Positions 38,401-53,020 of a DNA stretch of 64,000 bases are shown here, in pieces. The notes under the pieces are model-generated. The model was not told the DNA's origin and did not search any database. It worked only from the letters and a program-made list of their open reading frames with translations. How positions within the stretch are numbered: the first letter of the stretch is position 1; the number at the start of each line of letters is the position of its first letter. This DNA comes from Laetmonice hystrix (taxonomy: Eukaryota): NCBI GenBank assembly GCA_965235115.1, contig OZ249436.1, positions 28,274,001 to 28,338,000 on the forward strand. The letters are read 5' to 3'. Position numbers and translations under genes: made by a program.

Positions 38401-41400
38401 GTCGGTACAACAGGGCACACAGTCCCATGTTAGTACTTTTAGTTCAATTTTATAAAGGTCGTCTATTACCTTGAAAACCAGCATCACGCATGCATCTAAA
38501 GATAATTTGACTTTTTCTGGCTATTCGGCGAGTTTTGATTGTACCTTTTTATTACGGTACTGATATGGAGCAGTTAAGGGACTCACACTGGAATTACCAA
38601 AGAGCTTTTTGTGAACCAGATGGACTATTTAGATCCATATACTTCTCATCAATTCCAAAACCCCACCCCCTCCCTAAAAAAGAAAATTAAGAAGAAAAAA
38701 CCCCAGAGAAATATCAGGCAATCCTTCGCATTTTAAAACATTTTTTTGTTCAAATGAAGTACTGACGTAGAGGAAAATCTGAGAAAGGGAATCGCAAAGT
38801 CCGACGACTTAATTCTGAGAAAGGGACAATTTGCCATTACCTTCGTGATTGGTGCTTCAATCATCATAGAATGTATCCTAGCAACGGACTCCCTCCGTCG
38901 GTTGAACCCATGGACGCCACCTAGAACAAATATATCATCTGGTCACTGCTTTATTTAACCAGGGCGACCGAGGACACCATATAGCTGTCACTTCGTACCA
39001 AGTGACCTTTCCTCCCCCTCCCCCTTGTATATCAGTCTAGCAGGAATGAACTCCGAGCCAGTTTGTATCTTATTACATTTTCAGTGCTATTTTGGCCGTA
39101 GTGATATCATAAAGTCGACGTTTGATAAACTTGAGAAACTCTGGCTGCCACTAAATGTCTTCTATCTTTACACGGCTGGTATAAAGATGATTCTAAAACA
39201 GTCCCGCTATGTGCTAACTGGAAAAGATCCAGGCTTTAGATATGATGCTGTAGTAACAACAGACTAATATGTCGATAGTCGAGGGTGGTTCAACTAATGT
39301 TGAATTTGCAAAACAAGGCCTATCAGGAGAACATTCAATTCAACATGAAATAATCTACGAAATATAATGATGTAAACCAACACACTAGGTAATATAATAT
39401 ACCGGTACTCGGTATTGAAATGTTTGGAGAAATACCGTAGCTACCATTATAAAGGCCAAACACTGAATCGTGTTTCTATATAAAGGTGTCCGTTATTTAG
39501 CCTGTTAAAGACAGAAATTTACTCTATCAATATGTCCTATAAGTCCATCTGTGGCGCTAGAAATGGGTTCTGGCCTTTAAACTCACGGATAATCACTTTA
39601 GTGTGTTTTATCCCTTACCCTTTCAATTATTTCATACATGTACAATGATTAGATGAAAGCATCAGATTGAAAATACTCATTAATCATGTAAGAAAATTTA
39701 CAATTACAAAGATTATGGACATTTCAACACTTTCATTATACATGGTGACCAAAAATGAATTCAACCCACAAAAGTGTTTGGCTTTTCTACAACTGATAAG
39801 AAAATCGCTTTATTTTCATTCATGTTAAGCCGAGTTGATAACAAAACAGTCCAGAAAGATTTGGTTCTGCAGTTCAAATGGTATGTTTTTAGGACCTTTC
39901 CAAAATGTGTTTCAACTCAGCTTAACATGAATGAAAAAAATACAGCAAATCTCTTATCAGTTGTGAAAACGACAAACACATTTATGGGTTGCATTTATTT
40001 TGGATCACCCATGACCCGCTCTCGAGCCAAACTGTCTGAAGGGCTTACGTTACGAGCATCGTGTCACAGAGTAATGTCATCATCACTATATGTAATACGG
40101 CCTTGCCTAATCTTTAGGCAAATGAACCTTGGCGATATCTTCAGTGTAATTTACTATTATGTGGCCATGGTATAAAATACAATTTTATACACCATTGTAT
40201 ACAATAAACTCGTATCGTTTCATATCCTAATAGAGATGTGTGAGAAGACTTATTTGTTTTCAATCTAACGTTAATTTGAGGTCTTTTATCGCCGATTCTT
40301 TACATATTTATTTAGTGGGAAGCGACTCATTCCAATGACTCATCATTTTTATAAACGATATATTTACCGTATACGAAGTTGAATCAGTCATTTTCATTGT
40401 ATGAAAAAAGGACTATTAATCTACTAGGATGTTATAGTGAAGCAATTAACTATAAATCCTGCAGATTTAGTCAAACTATTAAACATGCCCTAAATTCTAT
40501 TAACTGCAGTTTTTATTATTACTGGCATTATAAATGCATGCAAATTCTAGGTGTATTTCTGCATTCATATGTATGGATATCATTGTGCGTACATTGCCAC
40601 TTGTTCATGTGAGACTACGTTTCTCCTCCTTCATAAATCAAAATGTCATGCCATTCTGCATGTTGATGACGTTGTCTATGTAGACCACATAATGAAATCA
40701 ATACATTAAATGCAAAATTAAAGTTAACTTTTTTTCATTTATCATATACCGGAATTTAAAAAAAAACATGCCTTCAGTTTAATTCTATGTATTTCTGTAG
40801 TCTCAAAAGAAACATTTTGATGTAAAAAAAAGTTTCTCACCCAATATAAGGCTTACTAATACGTAAAAAAGTCATATAAGGTGAAAAAAATATTGTAATA
40901 AGCTAACACTACAGTCACTAACATCAGAAAACTTTTAGGAACCACCTATTAACATACCTTAAATATGCACTGAATTCTGCGCAGAGGCCAGCATTAGCTC
41001 ACACAGTTAAGTTCTACTGATAATAAATATAAGTCTAAGGTCGATTTGCAATGGCACTGTACATGATACGTGCTGTGACAACAAGGCACAACATGCAATA
41101 GAAACTAACCATCACTGGAGAGAGAGCGAACATCAAATGACCCCTTTCGAAAACCGGAGCTTCTATACCCAAATGTATCTGTTTGATTGACAAAGAGTGC
41201 ACAACATCAGATGTAACATCCGACCAAAAAAAAAACATTTTGGGGAAAAAGCAAATTTTAAAATACTCGCGCTGATGTGTAGTCCCTGACGCTACCATGC
41301 AAACTCTATTTTCCTCTTAATGCACAATCTCAACTACTTACAGGGAAGTGCAGAGCCCAAAATTGCACTTTATGCAAACAAGAACTCCAAGGGATCAAGC

Positions 41401-44400
41401 AATTGCTTTCTGTCATTCCTGTGCCTACTCAGACATGGCTGTTAATTCATTCAGATATTCAATTTATTCCAGCGTTGTTCGTAGGAACTGCAGGCTTAGT
41501 GGTCGAAGTCGGTGCTGACCTCTAACGATGAAATACCGAACAACCATTTAACAAGAAAAAGAAAAAGGCCCAACGCTAATTCGGCATAAATCCTTAGCCT
41601 ACCGCTGCGTCAAAATGTCGTTACGGAAGGTGCTTAATGTGTACTCCATAGCCCCCCCCCCCCCCCCCAAGAATCAAAAGAATCCATCATAAAATTATTT
41701 AACCATTACAAAACTTACCGTTGGGCAACTGTCCAAGATCTGCATTGCTGAGTCTCTCTAACGTTGAAGGCTCTAACACTGCACTCTTTGACAAAACATA
41801 GTGTCGAATTCGTCTAGACAAAGAGCAAATTCACATACTGAGAAACAGATTATCTCCTTTCTGCATAGTTTTATTAAATCCGGCTTTTTACTTTGAAATT
41901 CCCTGGTCCATAACATTTCTTAACAGAGAGAATCCTTCCCTGTTATCCCTTTTGAAAATCTCACTGTTCGTCCCAATATTGGAACGGGCTCTTGCAGCAA
42001 TACAACTACAACAAATGCAATCGCTAAACTTACCCCGTTTGTGCTGTGACCGGGAAAACTTTACACGTATGTGAAAAGTTCTCTCCCGACTTCTTTTTGA
42101 CGTAATATACACCTTCCCAAGGCTACAAAGACAAAGATAATGTACTTTACAATCGGCAGGAAATAGCCTTAACAGCACCACCTTGAAGGAAGGTTAACTA
42201 CAGCCACCACCAAAGAAAGCTTGTCTATATTTTCATCAAACATGTTGTTATGAGCAAAAGCCGACAAAGGCCCATTTTTAATTCTAATCCAGCCATAAAC
42301 GTTTAAGAATTTATCAACTATTTAAAGTTCACAAAATTAAACATTTTTAATTTTAATTTCATGTTTACATAAATAATATTAAATTTAGTTAACAGGCACT
42401 GACGGTTGAGGCGGACAGTATCATAGTCAGCCTAGTGACCGGGGCGTTAAAAGGTCAGTCAAGAGGGGCAGGGACCCCTAATTTTCACAAAACAGAAAAA
42501 AAAATGCCCTCACTGCCCCCCTTAGCTCGCCTGGCCGGAGAGATGATCGGGCAGACGGGCCAACAACCGACCTTTGCCTTCCTGAGCTGAGCCGTCATGG
42601 TGTCCTGGTGATCGGGCCGGTTACGGTCACTCTTGGTCAACTCCCGGCTGTCCTTGCCAACCATCTCTTCACACGTGTAACCAAACAGTCGTTCATGGGC
42701 TGGGTTCACGTACTGCAACAGTCAACGACAGGCTGCCACTGATCGAAAGGTCCAAACAAAGCAGAATCAGACAGTCCAAACACGGTCAGATCACAGAGTT
42801 AAAACATGGCCTGATCACACGGTCCAAACACAGCAGGATCAGACAGTCAAAATACGGTCGGATCACAGAGTCAAAACACGACCTGATCACACGGTCCAAA
42901 CACAGCAGGATCAGACAGTCAAAACACGGTCTGATCACAAAGTCAAAACACGGTCAGATCACACGGTCAAAACACGGCCTGATCACACGGTCCAAACACA
43001 GCAGGATCAGACAGTCCAAACACAGCCAGATGATCACACAGTCCAAACACGGCCAGATCACACAGTCCAAACACGGCAGGAGCACACATTCAGATCACAC
43101 GGTCCAAACAAAGCAGGATCAGACAGTCAAACACGGCCTGATCACACGGTCCAAACACGACAAGAACACAGTCAATTCAGAGAGTCCAAACACGGCAAGA
43201 ACAGAACCAGATCAGGCAGTAAAAACACAGCGACTTCACATATTCCAAATACGTCAGGATCAGACAGTCAAAACACGGCATGATCACTGTCAAAACACAG
43301 CCATAATTTATCTAGAAACACCTTTATGCCAGAGCTGCATTGCACTTTTTTGAATTCTTCTCGATTCTGTGTGGACGGGCGAGTCACCTGCCGAGGCTAC
43401 CTTGAAAGTGATTGAATTCCAATCAGACCCAACCGTCGTTTCTCGCGGCCATCATCGTAATCAAGGATTCTGATGATGTTCTGTCAACATCATGCCACGA
43501 GTGGGTTTGATAAGAAAGTCATTCTTACGTTCATTATAGGCCCAACTGCTGGCTTTAGAACATATATATTAATAAGCTATTCATCTTAACCAGTGGAGGC
43601 CTCCTACGCCTGTGGCTGTTGAATACATCGTCGAACAACTGCGTATGAAGGGTGTCGTCAACAGGTGTGCGGGCCTGTCGACGTCTGCCAACCCAGAAAT
43701 GGCCAAATACTCGGAACTAGGTCCAGAACCTTGCTTTCTGCCATGTCATTTCCTATCAAATTAATTTTCACCTGATGGGATGTTCACCTGTTCGGTTTTT
43801 CTCTCGAACCAACAAGGCAGCTTCTCCGATTTAGGGCTTCTGGCAAATCCTCTGACCGATCTCACCAGATTTCAGACCCATGCTACTTTTGTTTATGTGA
43901 GGACGGAATTCATTCAGCTGATATCTCTTTGTGTTGTCTTTTGACTTTACATCTTATACTAGGACTTGAAATACTAGCAGGTAAACTCTAACCAGGTAAA
44001 CTCTAACCAGGTAAACTCTAACATGTTGGTGATGTCGCAGAGCCGGCCCCGGATTTTGTATACCTGTCCGCAAGATCCTCTTACTGGGTGGTCTGAACCA
44101 GCTTACCCATACTTGAAGTGAATTAGGGAATACGAAAACTATTCAATGGCCTTTTCCCTCATTTTAATTAAACTGCGATCATTTATGCAATATTATTCAC
44201 CTTTCCTCACACCTTGCCCTACTCGTAATGCGTTGTTATGTCTGATCAATTATTTGATATTTAATAAGGGTAGTAGGAGCGACACAAAGCAGGGAATAAT
44301 TTTCGAAAAACATGAGGATGTATCACCTCATTCGATTCGTTAATGCTTCCCTATAACATATTATGACGTTTAACCCAATGATGTCCTGAAAAATAATGTT

Positions 44401-47400
44401 TTACTACGAAACTACTCTCAATATTTTATTAATAACCTAGACATCAAAGTAGGTCATTATATCCCTCTCAAGTTGCGACATGTTCGTGCCTGGATCAACG
44501 AATCAGCCACGAATCAACACACACAACAAGTTTAATTATCAACGAGTCATAAACGGCCCGGGGTGAACACTGTAAACCCATAAACGTTTCGTATATCTCT
44601 TACAGTTCTAAACATATTTACATAATAGGCTATAAATAGTTTCTCCAGCACCCTCTACGTTCACCCAGATAACCGAGAAATTGGATTCCATGTAATGATA
44701 GTAATGGCAGACAAGTATCTCTATTGACAATAAACACATATAAACTGCCAAGTCGACAAATATAAAACCGTCCTGTTCGCGAATGGCAATCTTATATCAG
44801 TATGCCCTATTGGTTTAAACGGGGTCTGAGAGGACAAAGATTTAATAATAAAAGTGTTATATGAATCAGCCCAAAGCAGGAGACTTGTGAAGTTGGATCT
44901 GAGTTGTATGTAACATAACTTTTCCTCTCCGTCTCTCTTTCATATCTTCGATTTTGTTAAGCGTGATGTATCAAAGTTCCTAGCACCATGAATCCTTACA
45001 TTGAGCAAGACACCTGGGAGATTTAAATTATGGACACAGCCTTACCTGCACGTGAAAATCCTCGCTTGAGATCTCGATAGCGTCTGAAGAGTTTTCAACA
45101 GCAGTGCATAGAGCTGATGCGGCACAGAGTTGTAGTTTCGTACGTACCTCTCCGTGTTCTAGTGATATTAGCTCATTTAGGCACACCGACACATTAGCGT
45201 TTTCTATAATTCTCTAGAAATAACAAGTTCAAAAGATGTTACCAATTTTTTATACGACCCAATATCATTCATAAATTACCACAAATCCCGTTACCAAAAA
45301 CATTTCTTTTACTACAGTGCTTTCAGTGTACAACATGAAATATAACATGACTTTGACTTTATCACCAAAATTTACCTTTAACCATTTCTGTTGTTTGCGT
45401 TTATTCATTATTAATTAATTAGACTTAACGTATCTTAACCTTAACCCCTGGGTTTAAGAGGCCCCACTAACGGTCATACGTAAATGATGCTTCAATTTAA
45501 ACACTGAAAGGCAGAAATATGTAATCCTATTTACGGTACCAAACTAAAACTACATCAGCGATCTAATAGCTCGCTTGCGATGTCGAGGCTCTCGTTGGCG
45601 CCAACGTTACGACGGTTAATGGTCTTTAAGGGGATACGCTAGAGACCCCAGGTGCAAAGACGGTTCGTGGTCCCAGGTGAGGTATCAACTAGTGCCTAAT
45701 TGATACGGGCGTGAAATTCCCTTTGGCATCAAAGGCGGTTGCAGCATCTGACATTTGGCGCTCTAAGACTAACACCAGCACCTAAACGTCCCTGCCTGAC
45801 ATGGCATTCAAAGGTGACGTATTTTTCTAATCGAAGCAGCACTGAGAATAAGGCGGTGCAGCGGCTAAGGTTCACCTTTTAAAACTGCATGAAAATAGTC
45901 TTCAAATGAAATGTGTGCATGTTATAGAGCAGCATCGGATTTCTTTTCAGATATCAAACCGGTACTAGGATCTCTATCTCACAAACAGTTTCAAACATAG
46001 GGGACACGTACGGTGTTTTCAGTAAATTTTCGCTTTAGATTTGAAGCTCACGCTAAAGGGAACCATTGCGAAAAATAGAGAAAAGTGCCAAAATAACGGC
46101 AAATGTTGAGTTTGATTCCTAAGAGGATGAAGAACTTGGGCTAAAACAGACAGCTCCACCTTTAAGTGACGCTGATTGCTATCTGTACACTTCCGTTCAA
46201 TAAGTAAACTCGTCTGTGACCGTTATATGGAAATTGATCCTGTTTCCTTACTAAGCCTACATACGCAGTGAAAACGTGACAATCACTGTTGGTTTATGTG
46301 TAGAGGAATTCTTATACCTGGGCCCTTTACGCCATCGACTATTAATAGATCTATTTCCACAATCTACGGCACCCCTTAAATAAACGTGATACTTTTGTTC
46401 ATATACATGTTATGATAAGCATGTTCTTACCTTGTCAAAACCTGCGTGTATCAAAGGTAATATAGATGGCTCTTCCTTGTCCCCAGTCCTACAATTAAAT
46501 AAGACAACCAACTTGAAAGGCACAGAAGCCTACAGACTCGGCGTCCGTGCAAGACAAACACGTAAAGGGATGAGGGTCCTTTACGGTGGAAAGTATTGAA
46601 CGAGATGCCTGGCGCATGAATACGGCACGACACCAGGCATCGAGTTCCATACTTTCCCGCCGTGAAGGAGCCGAATCCCGTTAAGTATTTATTATATGCG
46701 CTTGGATTGTGTATATTTTAAGGAAAACTAAGAACATTAAACAAAAATTAACAACGCTTTATAAAGACTTTCAGCACCGTAAGTCGGGAACTCGGGAGGT
46801 CATCCAGTTCAACCACCATTTTAAAACATCAGAAAGTGTTATATCGTTCTAGTTGATACTAGTGTGGGGAGTCTTAAATAACATTTATATAAACTCATCA
46901 AAATCAGTCCTGCCGCTCAAAGGTCTCCACGTGGTCGGGCATAGGGGCGACGTGCGGTACAGCCGTAAATAGAAGGCCAGATCTAACGTATAATAGACCC
47001 CATGAAATTGATGACATAGTGAAACGCATTTACGGAGAAAACAAGGGAAAATGGGCGTTTGACACGACTAGCGTCAATCAACGCCACGTGTGCACAACTC
47101 TTGATATTAATGTAACCATTAAATCAACATCGTGCATGCCTTAGGTTTTTCAAATGTTATTACTGTTAAAAAAAACTTAAAATATTTGTCTTCATTAGGT
47201 TCATTCAACCTTTGGGAGGTTTGGATGCAGTCCTCAACTCCAATTCTGATCATTACGTTGATTGAGAACTGAAGGAATGAAGGTGCACTTATTTTTATAT
47301 CTCATTTATTTAACTTTATTCCATTATTTACTTCCTATGTTATGAAACCACTTTCCCGTACACATGTTTAATGTATCACAAGAAATGTGCATATGATTAA

Positions 47401-50400
47401 TGAATAATTAAACCCCAAAAATGTCACCTGCTCTGAGAGCAACGCTAAATAAAAAGTCATCAACAGAAGAAATAATTAGTTTAATTTCACTGCGAGGTGT
47501 GAGCAACAATGGATTATCCTACTTGAGGGCACTACCACAAGTGTCAGTGAACACAAAGGATTTTCCAACCTTCCAACAGCCCAATAACCAAATGTGCTCT
47601 AATTTAACTTTTTTTTCACTGTAATAATCCGTTAGATGGTGTGGCCATGCATAGCTAACCGTTATATTTTTTCCTAAAATCCCATTTAAATTAATGCGGC
47701 CTGTGTCTATGTCTGTTCCCAAGAGTTGCGTCTTTTGTTGTGACCGAATATGGTGCCAACAAACATTTCGGAGATGATAAGAACAGGTCTAATCAACTCA
47801 TACATGAGTCGACACACATTTTCCTATAACCCCCCCCCCCTTCCTCTGGTTTAAATGAGATTAAAGTTTCGTTATTCTGTGAAAGCTGACCTGGGTTTCC
47901 TTCGTTGTTTTCTTTTTTTCCTGTTTCCTTTCTTTTTTTTGGGGGGGGGGGGGCACACCGTGTTCACAATGTCCACGTCCCTGCAGGAATCCCACCAGCC
48001 TCGGTTGAGTTTCCTGAACCCCCATATCTCGACCACACCTACTGAAAAGGCGGCTATTCCCGTACCAAGTAGAAACATGGTCGCAGAGACACTCAATTTT
48101 TCAGTACGTAAACCAAAGAGCTTCATTCTAATGGATTTGGACATAAAGAGTCTAAGCCTCCCAAAAGCCGATCTATCGCTCTAGTTTCATTTAAGATAAA
48201 GAGTATTAGTTCTCCTGCGTCCCGTCGTTTTCCATGGCAACCGAATAAGCAATGTTTTACCAATTCATCTTTCCTATCCATTAGCAGTTTTTTTTCGGGG
48301 TGGAATTACAAAATCATATATTTTGTTCATCTGATTATTTTCGAAACTCTTGTTGCCAAATGTAACCAAACAAATCATCATACTAAATTGTAGGCCTACC
48401 TCAAATAAGATTATACGTACCCTTACACATTATTTTGATAATAACTTTTGTTATAATTCTTGGTTGTACTGGTATATTCCCACTGTCTATGTACACAAGG
48501 TAGAATCTTGGATTGAAAAGAAACTCTCGGCCACAGATCTACATAAATAGCTGACACATATCTCTCCCAGTGACGTATTCCCAATCTAGGATTTACATTG
48601 TTAGCAGTGTCGACGTGGAAGCCGGCCATGATCTTTGTCTGTTTGTCTGTTTGTTTTAGTCACCAGCCAGAACTAATGCACCATGACTCTGGCCGAGGTT
48701 CTGGGTAACAATAATGTCCATGTCTACCCAGAAACGACATGGATATTAGCGGTTTATTTGTTTCTGTTTGCATGTACCACCGTACCGTTACTGCATGTGG
48801 GGACTTTATGAATTCGTAGTTATGGATGGCTTGGCCCTAGATTTACTTTTTTAAATTTTAATTAAACACAACATTTTTTCAGTATTATTTATGACTCAAT
48901 AATATCCTGTCAATTCCTCCTAGCCAGCACGACCTGGCATGCTAGTATTCCTTGCAATTTCTTACATGATTCAACATTGATCATTGTCAGCAAATTGACC
49001 TGAAAATAGCCTATTTTGTGCATAGAATCGGCTGTTACACATCTACGCCTTTCAATATAATGAACCATAACAAGAATATTTGTTTGTGTAAACTCCTGGG
49101 CGACGGTCTTTTCATTCTATGTGGTTAACTAGAGTTTATTGAGTTTCTGTTTTAACACAAGGGCTTAAAATATAACCAAGGCGTGCTAGCATTGACATAA
49201 AATCTTACCTTATTTACCAAAGCACGAGGTGCGCTGTAATATTTTATTTGGATCAGACTGTAAAGCTAAGGACTGGTTGCAAACATTTGGAATTTGTTTT
49301 TACTACAAATAACACACCTAACATGGTCGTTCAAACGGACCTTTCCTGTTGTGGAGCTGGTTTTGTTTCATTATTATTCAACTTCTCCTCGCATTATTGC
49401 AGAGAGAGAGAGAGAGAGAGAGAACTATATAGAACGACTGTACACTGGAACTCACGTTTTTTTCATAACGGTAACGATGACGGTGTGTTCACTACATTTT
49501 GTAGCACGTATAGATCTGAAATACAGCAACACATCAAAATCACGGATGGTAGATGAGATTAGAAATATAACTCATCATCAAGTATAATTACCTTAAATCA
49601 ATTAATAATAGTTTTATGCGTTGGCGTTTAGTACGCGTATATCAAATTATCACTGTATAAATTTGCATTAAACATCCAAGCTTAAAGTGACCACAAGAGT
49701 GACTAAGCAAAAGGATCTCGCTTTGAAATGTTTTCATTGTAGACTAAATGCAGCATTCTTTTTTCGCCTTGAAATTCACATTCCCGTTACATTATCCTAT
49801 AAGTTGGCAAATCTTACTTCTAGATTACCCCCCCCCCCCCCAACAAAAAATTCTAAAAAGTCGCTCAACACTTTACCTTTTTAGTGATAGATTCCATCTA
49901 TCTTACATCCAACATTGAACTGTATTCACAAATAGCCCATTTAAATCCATCCTAAATGGCTGTCCTAAATGTTAAGCAAGAGACTTGATTCGCAATCAGC
50001 AGCTAGTATGCATGACGAAACTGAGACCCGGCCAACTTCTTATAAACAAAAGAACTAAAATCTTTCCATCACCGAATCTATTATGAGGCATTAACACTGC
50101 TAACGAGTTCTGACTGAAATGTACCACATCAAGCATGAATCCCAATCAAGCTTCATTCCTGCCAATCAGTCGGAAACGATTAAGGGGCGACGTAAGAGCC
50201 TCGTGTGTAACCTTTAGTGATGCACTTACCGACACAGGGCCTCTGCATCGAAGTATTTAGAATGCCTATTGTCGATGATAACTACATGATGATGCTTATC
50301 AAGAAAGCACTCTAAAGCACTCTCGGCGTTACGCAGGATGTTGCACTTGTAGCCAGCCTTGTCAGCCGCCCACCAGAAACCATCGCTCTGAGCATCTTCC

Positions 50401-50420
50401 TTGGCAAACACCAGCATCAC
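29473..50420 (-). CDS. PDE8: High-affinity cAMP-specific 3',5'-cyclic nucleotide phosphodiesterase 8 (REC + PAS + PDEase catalytic domain); 5' exon(s) not identified
   Basis: 18 GT-AG exons, phase-consistent, 2268 nt (755 aa + stop): 50420-50230, 49515-49456, 46488-46431, 45213-45046, 42712-42572, 42122-42034, 41813-41719, 38920-38841, 37227-37054, 36056(or 36053)-36008, 35732-35573, 34516-34318, 34116-33986, 32325-32239, 32009-31868, 31412-31242, 30737-30608, 29615-29473. Motifs: [15 protein letters not shown] (REC), [12 protein letters not shown] (PAS), [29 protein letters not shown] (PDE8-specific), [52 protein letters not shown]. Confidence 0.96.
29602..30433. repeat. 50-bp tandem repeat containing the last PDE8 splice acceptor (5 contiguous copies plus 1 displaced by a MITE)
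   Basis: Unit TAATATCACAGAACGCTGCAATACAAGCCAGTATAGGCAGTACGTATTAA at 29602-29850 and 30384-30433. Confidence 0.95.
29851..30379. mobile_element. Kolobok-like MITE inserted at a TTAA of the 50-bp tandem repeat
   Basis: Imperfect TIR AGGGGCATATTATGA / TCATAGCATGCCCCT, TTAA at 29847-50 and 30380-83. Confidence 0.8.
30942..31022. repeat. 21-bp tandem repeat, 4 copies
   Basis: GACTTATATATTCAGTT core repeated four times. Confidence 0.9.
32815..32970. repeat. 78-bp tandem duplication
   Basis: CTCTGCCCTACTG.CCCTCCAATGGG...GGCCTGAGATTAAGGG.AATTTG occurs twice. Confidence 0.9.
34550..35125. repeat. GC-rich about 30-bp minisatellite
   Basis: Variable unit CCTACATGATGGGGGCAGGACTCCCCCCAC / CCTACATGATTGGGGATCATGACTCCTCCCAC. 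Confidence 0.9.
37316..38271. repeat. 45-bp minisatellite, about 21 copies
   Basis: Unit ATGGAACTACGACTACTTCATACTCCATCTAAGTCAAGCCGTTTC. Confidence 0.95.
42745..43300. repeat. Degenerate about 24-bp minisatellite
   Basis: GATCACACGGTCCAAACACGGCCA-like units. Confidence 0.85.
46562..46690. repeat. Dispersed foldback repeat, copy 2 (inverted relative to 9570-9710, internally deleted)
   Basis: GGGATGAGGGTCCTTTAC..GGAAAGTAT.GAACGAGATGCCTGGCGCATGAATACGGCACGAC is the reverse complement of about 9637-9700. Confidence 0.8.
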
Positions 50421-51508
50421 CTACAAAACAGTGGCACCACAATAAAGTTCCAGTATATGAAACGACATAGATATCTAAGAATTGAAAATCTGCTCGTTGT
50501 CATGTTGTTTTCAAAAGACGTCGCGCTGTTTGCCCGAAATGACGTAAACAATCTTGATCAATTATGCTCTTCTCATGTGGCAACACGGTCATTAAGTCTT
50601 AGATTACAGTTTGAAAAGCTCTCCCTGAGCACTGACTTGGAGACCTGGAGGCTGTTACAGTTACGAACCGGTTTTCGAACCATTAATTATGGAGGCAGCC
50701 GGAAGGTAATTAAAAGGGCTCATTTGGATGTACCAAATTGCCGAATTCTGATATTTACCTTGCATGTGCCCCGGGTGGTCAATAAGTACTTAGGTACATG
50801 AACACATTTGTGACATCTGACTTAAATCGAATTCGCATGCAGTAAGTCTAAATCTATTCGACCAAACGCTTAGCTAATTAGGTTCTACGTCAGGGGGCTC
50901 GCATCTCTTCTGATTGACAGCATCTGGCACCGCCCCTTTACGACTACATCGAATGGTAAATGGGCACGACCGAAGCCGGGTGAGGCCCGGTGTGCCAATT
51001 TCAGGTTTCCTCCTATCAATTGAATCACATGGCCAAATGGTTTCAAAAAGCCCCTCGGTTAGGGTTAATGTAAGTTTAGGGTTAGGTCTATTTGAATTAA
51101 CGCGCTAAACGTTTTTTATCCGAAGTTTATTTTATGTAGCTTGAAACTGGGGGTTGGGGGTAATTTGAACTTAACTTCAGATTACCGGGGGGTAACTTCA
51201 AAGGGGGATAATCTGAAGTTATTACACCGTTCGCCAACTGTCCTCGGCTCACCGTTTCAGTCCAAAACAAAGTTGACACGCGGTATATATGTCTAGGTAT
51301 CACCTCAGTAAACACACGCCACCTTCCTTCAGTGGGCATGCCCTTTAGACAAAGAGTTGTCAAAAGTTTCCAGAATCTTGTGGAAATTGGCGGTTATATG
51401 TCTCTATACGGTAGTGCCAATTGTTTTTAGTGTCTTCACTAACTAGAAAGACTATCATATTCCTGGAGAAAGTCACTTTTGTTGGTTTAGACAAAAGATC
51501 CCCTTTAA

Positions 51509-51795
51509 AGGACCAGTGTATTGTTTTAAACGCCGTGTTGGCCCGCGCTGTTGTATACATCCGCACAGAACATAGTTCCCCACATTAATTCCCGAAAAAT
51601 GAATTGTAGGCGCAGCTACAACTAGGCCGCATAGTAAATAATATTATTAATATACGTGCATTATTTGAAACAGCTAAATCATATTTTTAGTGTGATATCA
51701 ATAGGTTCTTATAGGTAGGCGGAGTAGGTTATGAAACCGACTCGAGCCGGATATCCAGGGGGCGCCACCCTCTTCGACAGGAATACACTGGTCCT
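51509..51795. mobile_element. Kolobok-like MITE (TTAA TSD)
   Basis: Perfect 14-bp TIR AGGACCAGTGTATT / AATACACTGGTCCT flanked by TTAA. Confidence 0.85.
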
Positions 51796-53020
51796 TTAAG
51801 GCAACACTGCCCGTGGATAGCTCTGCACTAAGTGGGGCTCAACCATGCTACATTTCTCGCGAGCAGACAGAAACAAACGAATGCTGCCGCTGTACTCCAG
51901 CCCAGTCCTCGACCACTGATGTACCACCGTGGAAGGACACACTCTTCTCTCTTCTTAAAACGTCTTGGCTAGTATGGGGATCTTTTAAAGTGATACCTTG
52001 AAGATTTTCATATTCCCATCACATATGCATGTAAATAGATACGACGTTCATTCCACTATCACCATTCAACATTAGCCATTCCAAATCAGGTAAACACCAC
52101 TAGAAACAAAGTGAGCATATATTTCCACTGGCAGGGTCTTATCAAGGCGGTCAATTTTACTGGTGACCATCCACCTTGCAGCAAGTTACTCAAAATGTTT
52201 ACCGGAATAAGTTTAGGGAAGCAGCTGTGGGACACAGGGATTCCACTTGGATTCTGAAACGTGCGCTCTACGGGTGCCACAAGGTTAAAACAAGTTCTCC
52301 AGTAAAATTTTATGTTATGTTATGACTGGCAAGTATCTATAGTGATTATCTGACATGTTGCAATACAAATCTAGTCTCCAATCAATTCATGAATGGAAAC
52401 GCTATGACATGGAAAGGACATTACCTGTTACCGTGAGTAGCAAAAGGCCGGATCGGGTAAGGTAAGTTCACATTTCCATTATTTTGGCTAGGAAGCCCTA
52501 ACACGTGTGAATATTCCGTACCGAGTATTTCACCCAATCATCTACGCAATACGGTCTGCATTTGTATGGCATTAGTTTTGAAACAGCACATCCATTAACC
52601 CAATTGAATCACATGGCCAACTCTGCAGGAAATGATGCTGTCAATGGATTCGTGGACTTGGTATTCTTATTCATTGAACGTGGATAAGGAAGCGGCAATA
52701 GTAAATAAAAAAAACAGTTAAAACATTTATTTAACGTAAACAAGATTAGAAAGAAAACTAACAGAGCTGGGGGCCTACCCACTCCTCTTATTGGGGCTGG
52801 GGTCACCACTGTATGAGCAGAGGCTGGACTAGGCCTGGTGTCGTGGGGGGGCCTATAACCCACTCCTCTTATTGGAGGTGGGTCACCACTGTCAGGAGAG
52901 GGTGGAATAAGCCTCAACGCTTCTTTAAGTTTGGAAAAGTCACAGGTAATTTATAGGTAGGGAGGCAGACTTTCTTTATAGGTCATTTCATGGCAGAATT
53001 TGTCCGGCCCTTGTTATTAA

